A DNA stretch of 64,000 nucleotides from Clostridia bacterium (GTDB lineage: Bacteria; Bacillota; Clostridia; RGIG6154): contig JAZNOU010000005.1 in NCBI GenBank assembly GCA_045589295.1, forward strand, positions 114,398 through 178,397. Direction: 5' to 3'. The notes under the pieces were generated by a model. That model was given only the letters and a program-made list of their open reading frames with translations. It made no database searches and was not told the origin of the DNA. A program made the position numbers and the translations under genes. Positions 10,305 to 19,999 of this stretch are shown here, one piece after another. Numbering within the stretch: the stretch's first letter is position 1; the number at the start of each line of letters is the position of its first letter.

Positions 10305-12725
10305 ATGAAGCAGTATACAATTACGGGCATGAGTTGTGCCGCTTGCAGCAGTCGTGTTGAAAAAGCAGTCTGTACTGTTGATGGTGTTGAACAATGTTCG
10401 GTTAATCTTTTAACAAACACATTATCAGTAGAAGGTACTGCCAAAGATGATGATATAATTGTAGCTGTCATTCACGCAGGATATGGGGCATATCAAAAAG
10501 AAGAAAATATTAAAACAACCCAAAGTGGATCTGATATTTTTTCTTCTTTAAAAGCGCGACTTATTTCATCTTCAATTTTTTTGCTTGTGCTTATGTACAT
10601 TTCGATGGGTCATACTATGTGGCATTTCCCGCTTCCCGAATTTCTTGAAAATAACCATTTCCTCCTGGGGTTTTCACAATTGATTTTATCAGCAATTGTC
10701 CTTATTATAAACAAAAGCTTTTTTATAAATGGTATAAAAGGATTTTGGAATAAATCGCCTAATATGGATAGTTTAGTCGCTTTAGGTGCAGGCGTTTCTT
10801 TCGTCTACAGTGTCGCCGTTTTGTTCTTTGCCAACAATATTCACGACCTTTACTTTGAATCGGCAGCTATGATTTTGGTTTTAATAACAGTAGGAAAATT
10901 GCTTGAAGCCTACTCAAAAGGAAAAACAACTAATGCAATAAACTCCCTTATTAATCTTGCACCACAAACTGCAGTTGTTTTAAAAGACAATAATGAAATT
11001 GTTGTTCCAATTAACGAGCTTAAAGTTAGTGATATATTTGTTGTAAAACCAGGAGAAAGTATTCCTGCAGATGGGATAATAATTGAAGGTTTAACCACAG
11101 TTGACGAGTCGATGCTAACAGGTGAGAGTATCCCTGTTGATAAAAATATCGGTGACAGCATTTCTGCTGCAACAGTAAATCAGACAGGTTATATAAAAGT
11201 TAAAACTACAGGTGTTGGTAATGATACTTTTTTAGCTCAAATAATAAAAATGGTAAGTGATGCATCAAGCACAAAAGCACCTATTGCTAAAACGGCAGAT
11301 AAAGTATCAGGTATTTTTGTTCCAATTATAATTTTAATTGCAATTATAACGGTTATAGGTTGGATGATATTTGGGCAAACATTCGAATTTGCTCTTACAA
11401 GAGGTATTGGCGTTTTAGTGATCAGTTGCCCATGTGCATTGGGACTTGCAACACCGGTCGCTATTATGGTTGGCGGCGGCAAAGGCGCCCAAAACGGGAT
11501 TCTTTTTAAAAACGCATCCTCACTCGAATACGCAGGTAAAATTACCGCCGTTGTACTGGACAAAACAGGAACTTTAACCAAAGGAACTCCCTGTGTTACT
11601 GATATAATTCCTCACGAATGTGAAGAAAAAGAACTTTTGACACTCGCATACTCACTTGAAAAACAAAGCGAGCACCCACTCGCCCGTGCAATAGTAAGTC
11701 ACGCACAAGAAAAGAACGTTACAAGTATTGCGTGCGAAAATTTCAAAACCCTGCCCGGCAACGGACTTGAATGCTATATAAACCAAAAATTAATTCGTGG
11801 AGGAAACTTAAATTTTGTAAGTAAATTCACCTCCATTCCTCCAAATCTGATTACAGAAGCCGAATTTTTAGCTCTAAATGGCAAAACTCCTATGTTTTTC
11901 TGTTCAGATGACAAGTGCATTGGTATCATTGCTGTTGCAGATACATTAAAGGATGACTCCGCGCAGGATATAAAAACATTAAAACAGATGGGACTTTATG
12001 TTGTTATGCTCACAGGTGATAACAAAAAAACTGCTTCTGCTATTGCAAAATCCTTAGATATTGATGATGTTATCGCAGAAGTTTTGCCTGACGGAAAAGC
12101 TGATGCAATCAAAATTCTTCAAAATAAACACAAAGTTATGATGGTAGGTGATGGAATTAACGACTCACCCGCTCTCACACAAGCAGACATTGGGATTGCA
12201 ATAGGAACCGGAACGGATATTGCCATAAATTCTGCTGATGTAGTTTTAATGAGCGGAAGTCTTAAAAATGTGCCTGCAGCAATAACCTTGAGCAGAAAAA
12301 CTCTCAAAAATATAAAAGAGAATCTCTTCTGGGCGTTTATTTATAATATAATTTCAATTCCGCTTGCAGCTGGACTTTTTATCATTCCCTTTGGTATAAA
12401 ATTAAGTCCAATGATAGGCGCTGCAGCAATGAGTTTGTCCAGTTTTTGTGTTGTCACAAACGCACTTAGATTAAATTTTGTAAAACTATATAAAGAAGAT
12501 AAGGAGAAAAAAGCTATGAAAAAAACATTAACAATTCAAGGTATGATGTGCCCTCACTGTGAGGCTGCAGTAAAAAAATGCTTAGAAGCACTCCCCGAAG
12601 TTATTTCAGCGCACCCTAGCCATGAAACAAAAACAGCAATAGTTGAATTAAACACAGAAGTTGATACAAACTACTTAAAAAAAGCAGTCGAAGATGCAGG
12701 CTATACCGTTTTGGATGTGAAATAA
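10305..12725 (+). CDS. copA: copper-translocating P1B-type ATPase with N- and C-terminal HMA domains
   Basis: [38 protein letters not shown] and MSLSS motifs, C-terminal GMMCPHC. Confidence 0.93.
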   Translation: MKQYTITGMSCAACSSRVEKAVCTVDGVEQCSVNLLTNTLSVEGTAKDDDIIVAVIHAGYGAYQKEENIKTTQSGSDIFSSLKARLISSSIFLLVLMYISMGHTMWHFPLPEFLENNHFLLGFSQLILSAIVLIINKSFFINGIKGFWNKSPNMDSLVALGAGVSFVYSVAVLFFANNIHDLYFESAAMILVLITVGKLLEAYSKGKTTNAINSLINLAPQTAVVLKDNNEIVVPINELKVSDIFVVKPGESIPADGIIIEGLTTVDESMLTGESIPVDKNIGDSISAATVNQTGYIKVKTTGVGNDTFLAQIIKMVSDASSTKAPIAKTADKVSGIFVPIIILIAIITVIGWMIFGQTFEFALTRGIGVLVISCPCALGLATPVAIMVGGGKGAQNGILFKNASSLEYAGKITAVVLDKTGTLTKGTPCVTDIIPHECEEKELLTLAYSLEKQSEHPLARAIVSHAQEKNVTSIACENFKTLPGNGLECYINQKLIRGGNLNFVSKFTSIPPNLITEAEFLALNGKTPMFFCSDDKCIGIIAVADTLKDDSAQDIKTLKQMGLYVVMLTGDNKKTASAIAKSLDIDDVIAEVLPDGKADAIKILQNKHKVMMVGDGINDSPALTQADIGIAIGTGTDIAINSADVVLMSGSLKNVPAAITLSRKTLKNIKENLFWAFIYNIISIPLAAGLFIIPFGIKLSPMIGAAAMSLSSFCVVTNALRLNFVKLYKEDKEKKAMKKTLTIQGMMCPHCEAAVKKCLEALPEVISAHPSHETKTAIVELNTEVDTNYLKKAVEDAGYTVLDVK

Positions 12726-12736
12726 TAATTGCAATA

Positions 12737-12770
12737 TAAAAAGGGCGAAATCAAATCGCCCTTTTTATTA
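12737..12770 (+). terminator. intrinsic terminator after copA
   Basis: AAAAAGGGCGA-aatcaaa-TCGCCCTTTTT. Confidence 0.8.
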
Positions 12771-12785
12771 TTTTTTAAAAAACTC

Positions 12786-12814
12786 TTTACTTAACAACAA
12801 ATTTATGGTATTAT
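12786..12814 (+). promoter_or_regulatory. host tRNA-Pro promoter
   Basis: TTTACT-17bp-TATTAT, 25 bp upstream of the tRNA 5' fragment at 12840. Confidence 0.6.
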
Positions 12815-12839
12815 ATTACTTGTTTGATAAATCATATTT

Positions 12840-12888
12840 CGAGGTGTGGCTCAGTTTGGTAGTACACCTTGGACACAGAGTATACTCA
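12840..12888 (+). repeat. attL: 5' 23 nt of tRNA-Pro(CGG) fused to element P' arm
   Basis: CGAGGTGTGGCTCAGTTTGGTAG identical to 13118-13140, followed by TACACCTTGGACACAGAGTATACTCA. Confidence 0.88.
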
Positions 12889-12936
12889 ATAAAATTTAAT
12901 AATTATCCATTCATTAACCAAAATGAATGGTATTAT

Positions 12937-12985
12937 CGGGAATTAGCGCAGTTTGGTAGTACACCTTGGACACAGAGTATACTCA
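12937..12985 (+). repeat. second attL-like junction: 5' end of a different tRNA-Pro-like gene fused to the same P' arm
   Basis: CGGGAATTAGCGCAGTTTGGTAG + TACACCTTGGACACAGAGTATACTCA; 37-bp identity with 12852-12888. Confidence 0.8.
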
Positions 12986-13117
12986 TTATATTTTTGTCAC
13001 TACAAAAAAATTCGCCGTTTTTTGACCTTTCGTTCAAAATCGGAGTAGTCATTAAAATGCCTTGCCGTATTTGGCCGACTACAATTTATATTTTGAAAAT
13101 TGAATAAATAATAATAT

Positions 13118-13194
13118 CGAGGTGTGGCTCAGTTTGGTAGAGTACTTCGTTCGGGACGAAGGGGCCGCAGGTTCAAATCCTGTCACCTCGACCA
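13118..13194 (+). tRNA. tRNA-Pro(CGG), intact copy inside the element
   Basis: Cloverleaf, anticodon arm CTTCG-TT-CGG-GA-CGAAG, GGTTCAAATCC T-arm, encoded CCA. Confidence 0.96.
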
Positions 13195-13195
13195 T

Positions 13196-13240
13196 AAAAA
13201 GGGATTGCTATTCAAAAGACGAATAGTAATCCTTTTTTAT
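13196..13240. terminator. terminator between tRNA-Pro and convergent recombinase
   Basis: AAAAAGGGATTGCTATTC-loop-GAATAGTAATCCTTTTTT. Confidence 0.8.
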
Positions 13241-13266
13241 TATATCAACCACTAATATTGATTTAT

Positions 13267-14919
13267 TTAAGAAGATAATGCTTGAAACCCTAATCCGTTT
13301 TCAAACTGTTCTAAGTTAATTTTGAAATTAACTGTTAATTCATACCCTTTCTTTACTGATATACTATCTATAAGATGTGCAACAATAATTTGTTTTGTTT
13401 GTAAATCAGCATTTTCATAAACATCAGCCCATTTGATAATGTTGTTATATTCTTGTTCTATTTCATAACAGTTTTTCTGTAGCTCCTCAAAGTCTGTTTC
13501 ACATCTTTGTACTTGTTCTAATAAAGGCTGTACTTCATTTTTCAATCTCTTTAGAATTTGAAGTAATTCTTTGACAACTTCATCAAATTGAGATGCACTT
13601 ACAATCTTACTTTCTATTGAACGAATTTCATCTTGCTTTTTTCTATACAAATTCTTTGCTTGATTAAGACTACCTTGTATCCGTTTCCATTCTGTTTGAT
13701 ATTTGTAATTGATAAACTCACCGCTTTGCAAGGCTTTTGTACGTCTTAAAAGTTGTTTTATCATATCATCAATTACATCATCAATTTTATATGCTCTATA
13801 TTGTGTTTGAGCTTCATCACTTACACAGATTTTTTCTTTCTTTCCTTCATACAAGCGATTTTCACAAACATATGTCGGTATACGTGGATTATCTTCGCTG
13901 ATTGGTTTATGACCATTTAACCTTGTTGATTTTGTTCGCAATTTAGCTCCGCAACAATCACAATGTATAATTCCTGACACAAGACCTTTTCCAAAAGTGG
14001 GAACATCTGATACATCATTACAAGACATAGATATTTTTTCCTTTATCTCGGTATCTTTTGAACGTCGTTCGCATCTCAATTTTTGCACAAATTCAAAAAC
14101 AGATGGTTTAATTATTTGCAAGTGTGGATGAATTTTAGATACTGTTTCACCACTTTTCAGTACACCTGTATATGAAATATTATCAAGAATACTGTTAATT
14201 GTAGATTGCCCGAATAGTTTTCCTTTTTTATTTTTTATACATCTTCTTGCTAATTCATTGGAAATCTTTCTTGCTCCCCAAAAATTCTCATATGCTAATT
14301 GAAATATCAGTTTGACAACTTCTGCTTCATATGAGTCAATTTCCAAATCGTAGACCTCTCTGTTTTTATGATTAATAGTTCCTTTCTTAACAATCTTATA
14401 ACCATAAGGAATATACCCACCTGCATATAATCCATCTTCAACCATTTGTCCTCGTTTCTTGCGTACTCTTGTACTTGTCTTAGCTGATTCACCAGAGCTT
14501 TGCCAGAAACGGATATAATTTATTAGGTTATCAACATGATTTTCAAACTTTTGTTGTCCTTCGACTACACTCCAAACCTCAACCCCTTGTTCAACAAACC
14601 ATTTTAAGACAAAAGGAGTTTCACTTTCTATACGTCCCAACCTGTCAAACATAAAGACAAGGAGGATATCAAATTCTTTGCGTAGAGCCTCATCTTTTAA
14701 TTCTGTGATTTTATCTCTGTCTTTAGCCGACACCTTGTATCCTGATATGCCTGTCTCAACCTTTTCATCAATTAAAATCCAATCGGGGTGCAATGAAATA
14801 AATTTACGACATTCTCGGCTCTGTAAAGGTATGTCATATTTATTATTTTCTTCATCAACTAATGTTGCACATTGTTTTAATGTACTGTTACGATACAAAG
14901 TCTTTACTCGTTTTTTCAT
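13267..14919 (-). CDS. large serine recombinase (resolvase + recombinase + Zn-ribbon + coiled coil)
   Basis: LYRNST catalytic Ser region, VFMFDRLGR, GGYIPYGY, IIHCDCCG...YVC; RBS GGAGGGG before 14919. Confidence 0.93.
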   Translation of the reverse strand: MKKRVKTLYRNSTLKQCATLVDEENNKYDIPLQSRECRKFISLHPDWILIDEKVETGISGYKVSAKDRDKITELKDEALRKEFDILLVFMFDRLGRIESETPFVLKWFVEQGVEVWSVVEGQQKFENHVDNLINYIRFWQSSGESAKTSTRVRKKRGQMVEDGLYAGGYIPYGYKIVKKGTINHKNREVYDLEIDSYEAEVVKLIFQLAYENFWGARKISNELARRCIKNKKGKLFGQSTINSILDNISYTGVLKSGETVSKIHPHLQIIKPSVFEFVQKLRCERRSKDTEIKEKISMSCNDVSDVPTFGKGLVSGIIHCDCCGAKLRTKSTRLNGHKPISEDNPRIPTYVCENRLYEGKKEKICVSDEAQTQYRAYKIDDVIDDMIKQLLRRTKALQSGEFINYKYQTEWKRIQGSLNQAKNLYRKKQDEIRSIESKIVSASQFDEVVKELLQILKRLKNEVQPLLEQVQRCETDFEELQKNCYEIEQEYNNIIKWADVYENADLQTKQIIVAHLIDSISVKKGYELTVNFKINLEQFENGLGFQALSS

Positions 14920-15067
14920 TGCTCCCCTCCATGAACATTTTTTCCAATAGTAGTTTTCCAACAGAGTTTTCTGCACTAATATTTCTATCTTCTGAAAAAT
15001 TTACTGTGATTGTTAATCCGTTGATAGTCATTTTTGTAGTGTTATCTGATTGAACATTCTTAATCAT
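14888..15067 (-). CDS. 59-aa TnpW-like small protein overlapping recombinase start (not in ORF track)
   Basis: MIKNVQSDNTTKMTINGLTITVNFSEDRNISAENSVGKLLLEKMFMEGSNEKTSKDFVS; RBS GAGGTG. Confidence 0.6.
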   Translation of the reverse strand: MIKNVQSDNTTKMTINGLTITVNFSEDRNISAENSVGKLLLEKMFMEGSNEKTSKDFVS

Positions 15068-15327
15068 CTAACACCTCACCCCCTACACTATCAGACAGAG
15101 GGAGTGAAACTTTTTTATTATATACTGAATCATAAAGAAAGTACACCGTTTTTTTATGATTTATAAACTTTATATTTTGTTTCATAACAAACGCTCCTTA
15201 TCCGTTATAAAGCGTTTGGAATGTATTTTGTATGATTATTTATTATTGTTGAGTAAATACATACCTCAACGTGCTTTAATGTGTATTTAAACATTCAAAT
15301 TTATATTGTTAATAGTTGATTTAGGTT

Positions 15328-15356
15328 ATATGGGCGGTTTTTATACCGCCCATATT
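15328..15356. terminator. terminator after rep operon
   Basis: ATATGGGCGGT-tttt-ATACCGCCCATAT hairpin. Confidence 0.65.
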
Positions 15357-15365
15357 TTCAGAATT

Positions 15366-15806
15366 CTAAATCAACAATCCGTTCTCATCAAAAAGTTTCC
15401 ATGCATTTTCCGAATTTTCTGCTTCGTAATACTCAACAATCGCAGTAATCGGAAAAATGGTTTTTCCATCCTGATATATTTGCACAACTCTTTGTGTCTC
15501 AATTTCAGAGGTAGTCATATAATCAATATCAGAAAAAAACTTCTTACATTTGGCATGTGAACTTACAAACCCAACACCGCTTGGAATATCAAGAGAAAAA
15601 GAATCTACTTCTTGCTCTTTGACATCTCCAACATATGTGATTAGACACGCTCCACCATTGAAAATACATATTTCTGATATGTTTGTATCTTTAATATCGG
15701 AGTTTGTGTCACTTGTTACAACGACATATTCTTTTAAAATTTCGTTATTTAGTTTGTTTTCTTTATCATCAATCAAACTAATTCTTTTTACTTTACTTAT
15801 ATCCAT
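15366..15806 (-). CDS. hypothetical protein (rep operon)
   Basis: 146-aa ORF, RBS AAGGAG, co-oriented with rep. Confidence 0.7.
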   Translation of the reverse strand: MDISKVKRISLIDDKENKLNNEILKEYVVVTSDTNSDIKDTNISEICIFNGGACLITYVGDVKEQEVDSFSLDIPSGVGFVSSHAKCKKFFSDIDYMTTSEIETQRVVQIYQDGKTIFPITAIVEYYEAENSENAWKLFDENGLLI

Positions 15807-15808
15807 AC

Positions 15809-16168
15809 TTATTTATCTCCTTTATTACTTTTTGTTTTAAATATATTTTGATTTTCCCATTCCTCTTTGTGAACATATTCATTTTCAAATCCGATACAAT
15901 TTGATAGAATATGTTCTTCGTCAATGACAGGTTCATAACCAATCATCATTAAGAATTGTTTAATGAACCAATACGGAGCTTTTATTTCAAATCCTTGTAT
16001 CATTCCGTTTTTAACATTCGGTTTGACTTTATATTTCTTCCTCGATTTTGGAACAAATAAATTTTTCTTTACCATTATTCCAGCATAAAAATCATCAATA
16101 TTGGCGGTTGCCATATCATCATAATTTAATCTGAAAAAATTGCAAAAATTATAATTGAAATTTTTCAT
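15809..16168 (-). CDS. hypothetical protein (rep operon)
   Basis: 119-aa ORF overlapping rep 3' end. Confidence 0.65.
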   Translation of the reverse strand: MKNFNYNFCNFFRLNYDDMATANIDDFYAGIMVKKNLFVPKSRKKYKVKPNVKNGMIQGFEIKAPYWFIKQFLMMIGYEPVIDEEHILSNCIGFENEYVHKEEWENQNIFKTKSNKGDK

Positions 16169-17009
16169 AATCTCTATAACCTTTCTTATTATTAAAATAT
16201 TTTTTTGTAATGATATTTACAATGTTATCATCTCTTGAAACCTCATAAGAATCATTTTTGTATTCTATAAGGTTATTTGATTCAGCTAATTTCAAAGCTG
16301 AATCATAAGACATTTGGGACTTTTGAGGGCGGTTTATTTTCCCTCTGCACCTAAACACTTTTTCATATTGCTTATAACAACTTAATCTCATCATTTTTTT
16401 ATTGTTGTGAAATGGATTTAGGTAGTCTATTAATCCGTCAATATCATAAATTGGTCGAAAATCGACTTGTCCATTTTTCCACAATGATTTAATTTCAAGT
16501 TCAGACAAGGTCATTTTTTGGTTGTCACATCTTTTCAATAGCAGATGGATGTGAGGATTATAATTTGTTTTAAATCCTTGATATTCAACGACAAACATAG
16601 CTTTGTATAATTTGTGATTATCAACAAACCGACAAAACCTCCCCCAAAAGTTTTTTATGTCTTTTGTAACAGAATTATCTTCTGCTACTTTTCTGTTGTA
16701 AGTCAGAGTGATAAGCCCCTCTGAACTATCACCATTGAAATTAAGTGATATTAACAATGACAAGTCAAGAAAAGTATTTCGTAATGAATTAATATTCCGC
16801 TTATCATTTAATGATTTGTCAATGGTTTTTATCTCTCCTGTGGTAGTGTTTAAATACTGATTATTAGATATTTTTCTATATCCCACATCCTCACCACTTC
16901 GTTTATGAGATATTAACATATATTTCTCAGAAAAATATACTGTTACAATATCATCTTTATCCAATGGTTTATCCGTTGTTCTTACAACTGAAATTTGATT
17001 ATGGTTCAT
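16149..17009 (-). CDS. HUH-family rolling-circle replication initiator/relaxase
   Basis: motif I LITLTY, VVEYQ...PHIHLLL (HUH), W..G.V.F, candidate catalytic Tyr in LIDYLNP. Confidence 0.8.
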   Translation of the reverse strand: MNHNQISVVRTTDKPLDKDDIVTVYFSEKYMLISHKRSGEDVGYRKISNNQYLNTTTGEIKTIDKSLNDKRNINSLRNTFLDLSLLISLNFNGDSSEGLITLTYNRKVAEDNSVTKDIKNFWGRFCRFVDNHKLYKAMFVVEYQGFKTNYNPHIHLLLKRCDNQKMTLSELEIKSLWKNGQVDFRPIYDIDGLIDYLNPFHNNKKMMRLSCYKQYEKVFRCRGKINRPQKSQMSYDSALKLAESNNLIEYKNDSYEVSRDDNIVNIITKKYFNNKKGYRDYEKFQL

Positions 17010-17180
17010 ATCAATACAATCACCCTCTAAATTTATTTTCTGTCAGTTTAACGCGTCCGTTAAATTGTTCAGAATGTTATGTGGTAATTACCCTGTCTTT
17101 ATAATAGCATAGAATGAAAAATAATAATATTGACAAATTTTCCTTTAAATTATATAATGTAAATGCAGGAAAAATAAGAG

Positions 17181-18167
17181 GTGAAATATATGAATGAAAC
17201 AGAGTTTAAAGGACTATATTATGTTTTTGAATATGATATTGATGCGGGATATATGATTGAATATGTTTCCCCTTGTAATTTGGTTGAATCAAATGGAAAC
17301 TATATTTATGAAGATACTTGTATTGCAGCTAATTTTACAACTTTATTTTTATGTAGCTATGGTTATTTATCGAAAAAATTCAACAATATAGACACCAAAA
17401 TCTTTGACAAGAACTTAAAACAATCACCTCAATTATTAATTATGTTAAAAGACTCTTGTAAAGAAAGTAATATTAAAAGAACAAAAATTGATTTTGAGAA
17501 CATAGAAAAATTTTTAAAAAATACAGATTGTCATAACTTATCAGCTCTAAATTATTTTTGTAGGTTTGCAAACAAAAAAATACCTTCAGCCATTGAAGAT
17601 GTTTATAGAGATATACCTTTATTAAAATCTGACAATAAAGCATTCAACTATTTGAAAGACAATATCAAATATCAAAAGAGTAACGATTTAATAGTTGAAG
17701 CTGAAAACAGATTGGGAACCCAATCCTTTCAAAGAATTTACAAAATACTAGATCCAATGGATTTATTTTTAGTAACTTTAGATATTCTATATCAATTAAA
17801 CTGGACTATAAAGTTTTGTAAAAATTGTGGACTTCCATTTCTAGTTACCAAAAGGAAGAAAACATTATATTGTTCATATAACAACAACTCTTGTAAAATA
17901 GAGGGCAGAAAAGAAAAAGAAAGAAATCGTTATATAAATAATGAGAGAAACAGACTTTACAGAAATATTAATGGAAAATTTAGTTATAGAGCAATACATT
18001 GTAGAGGACATGAAGATGAATGGGAATCTCTTCATTCTATTTTTCTTAATACAATTTATGATAACAAGAAAAACAAAAATATTATTATATGGTTGAGAAA
18101 TATCGATTCACTATTTAATCTTCATAAAACCGAACTTTTTGAATTACCTGACATCAACTCAATATGA
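17181..18167 (+). CDS. DUF6076-like protein with CxxC...C...C Zn-finger
   Basis: IKFCKNCGLPF...LYCSYNNNSCKIEG followed by basic helix. Confidence 0.6.
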   Translation: MKYMNETEFKGLYYVFEYDIDAGYMIEYVSPCNLVESNGNYIYEDTCIAANFTTLFLCSYGYLSKKFNNIDTKIFDKNLKQSPQLLIMLKDSCKESNIKRTKIDFENIEKFLKNTDCHNLSALNYFCRFANKKIPSAIEDVYRDIPLLKSDNKAFNYLKDNIKYQKSNDLIVEAENRLGTQSFQRIYKILDPMDLFLVTLDILYQLNWTIKFCKNCGLPFLVTKRKKTLYCSYNNNSCKIEGRKEKERNRYINNERNRLYRNINGKFSYRAIHCRGHEDEWESLHSIFLNTIYDNKKNKNIIIWLRNIDSLFNLHKTELFELPDINSI

Positions 18168-18455
18168 GTTTATGGTTGTGTATTAATAAAACATTGTGAA
18201 TTTTTATGAAATTAAAGAAATATATATATTTCTTACTATCAGTCTGTGATGTTTTGATGATGAATTTATGTGTTATATACATGGTATATAACATTCATTT
18301 TGTTATACATATTTATATATTTTTAATATAACAATGAGTCACTTGTATCCATATAATAATTAAAGAGATTTTTTAAAGGGTTGCAGTATTTCTGTAATCC
18401 TTTATTATTTTTCATTAAAATAAAATTATAAAATTTATATTTTGGAGATGATATT

Positions 18456-18668
18456 ATGATAAAAGTTATTGAAGATTTACAGAATGACAAAATGAAAAAC
18501 ATTAACAAGAATATTAACACAGTTATTTGCAGATTAAAAACAATACAAGAGAACTTACAATTCACCGCTAAGAAATATGATTTGGAAACATTGTATGACA
18601 TTTTATCCCAGATATACGATGACCTTGGTGATTTTAACATTTCAGTATATGATGAAGACAACGTGTAA
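18456..18668 (+). CDS. small hypothetical protein
   Basis: 70 aa, RBS GGAG. Confidence 0.55.
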   Translation: MIKVIEDLQNDKMKNINKNINTVICRLKTIQENLQFTAKKYDLETLYDILSQIYDDLGDFNISVYDEDNV

Positions 18669-18684
18669 ATTGGAGGTGGTAGTT

Positions 18685-18867
18685 ATGAATAATGAAAAAA
18701 GAATAAACAATTCATTTATAAATGATATAATGTTCGCAAAAGAAGCAATAAAGACTCTACAAGACTCAATATATCGATATTACCCTGAAAACTGTTTTGA
18801 AGTCCTCCCATTACTTCACAAATCTTATGATAATCTTGCATTAACAATTTATCGTTTAACAAAATAA
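18685..18867 (+). CDS. small hypothetical protein
   Basis: 60 aa from ATG 18685 after GGAGGTGG RBS. Confidence 0.55.
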   Translation: MNNEKRINNSFINDIMFAKEAIKTLQDSIYRYYPENCFEVLPLLHKSYDNLALTIYRLTK

Positions 18868-19001
18868 ATTAATATGTTCAAAGTGCATAAACTCACCTTA
18901 CAAACGACTTTATTAACCTTTTTATATAAACCTTATTATTAAAATATTAAGTTTGTTTTAAATGGGTTTGAGTGATTAAAGCATAATTTAAGTATAACCA
19001 C

Positions 19002-19043
19002 AAAAAAGACAGGTTGCCTATCATTGACAACCTGTCTTTTTCC
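19002..19043. terminator. bidirectional terminator
   Basis: AAAAAAGACAGGTTG...CAACCTGTCTTTTT. Confidence 0.8.
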
Positions 19044-19159
19044 TATTTCGATTATGCCAAATTATTCTTCTTTATTATTCCCCACTTTTATTAAAAAGGT
19101 TTCTATTCCCATAATAGTCAGCCCCAACCAGCAAAAGCTCTAATATCCCTGTATAAACA

Positions 19160-19711
19160 TCATCTGTACATTTGAGTTGCAATATCTGTAATCAAAACAC
19201 AAGCAGTCATACTATCCTGAATACTTACAGAATCTGTGCAAATCTCTTGATAATCAAATGTGCTACCATAATACTTTGCAGAAGCCTCAGGGACAATTGT
19301 TTTATCAGCATTTATTGAAAACAGATATACATATGTAAAATCTTCTTTTGTGGAATAATCCTTTGCTGAAGCGATACATACATTAACACTTAATTCTCCA
19401 TAATATTTATCATTATCATAAACGAACTCACTATCTTGAATTATTTTTTCTATAAAACTACTATCTTCTTTTATTTTCTCTTCACTCCATGATGTTGAAA
19501 CCATCGTCATTATTTTGTCATTTTCGTCATTATAAGAGTCCATTTTCTTTACAAAATCAGATACCGTTTTCATTTCATATGAATTATCTTCAGCAAAAAT
19601 TTGATAATCTTCGACCGATGTTATAAATTCTTCATTTGTTACCCCACATCCAGTTACATTAATCAACACCAGCAAACATAGTAACAAAATGCTTATTTTT
19701 TTTGAATACAT
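19160..19711 (-). CDS. putative lipoprotein
   Basis: signal peptide with lipobox VTGC; RBS GGAGGG. Confidence 0.7.
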   Translation of the reverse strand: MYSKKISILLLCLLVLINVTGCGVTNEEFITSVEDYQIFAEDNSYEMKTVSDFVKKMDSYNDENDKIMTMVSTSWSEEKIKEDSSFIEKIIQDSEFVYDNDKYYGELSVNVCIASAKDYSTKEDFTYVYLFSINADKTIVPEASAKYYGSTFDYQEICTDSVSIQDSMTACVLITDIATQMYR

Positions 19712-19727
19712 CCGTAATCCCTCCCTA

Positions 19728-19958
19728 TTATTGTGCACGTCTAACACACTCTTCACAATATGATAAGGTGTTTATTAATGAGCCTCTATTTTTACAACTA
19801 TTATTTGCACACTTATGCAAAGTACAGTAATTAGACCCCAATGGACTTCTTTCAGATGGGCATCCCGAGACGGAACAATATTTTACTCCGCAGCCTGAAA
19901 GCAAAATCAACAGTATTGATAATAATACCATAGTTAAAATAAACGATGTTTTTTTCAT
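19728..19958 (-). CDS. small Cys-rich lipoprotein
   Basis: lipobox LSGC then CSVSGC...CTLHKCANNSC...YCEEC; RBS AAGGAGG. Confidence 0.7.
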   Translation of the reverse strand: MKKTSFILTMVLLSILLILLSGCGVKYCSVSGCPSERSPLGSNYCTLHKCANNSCKNRGSLINTLSYCEECVRRAQ

Positions 19959-19999
19959 ATGTAGTTCCTCCTTAGCTAATAAAATAATTTTATTAAAAA

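Noticed and set aside
12852-12985. 37-bp direct repeat as a mini CRISPR array
   Set aside because: Only two copies, a 60-bp spacer and no cas genes; fully explained as tRNA D-arm plus att arm.
12805-13107. 100-aa ORF over attL
   Set aside because: Spans tRNA fragments and repeats, with no RBS.
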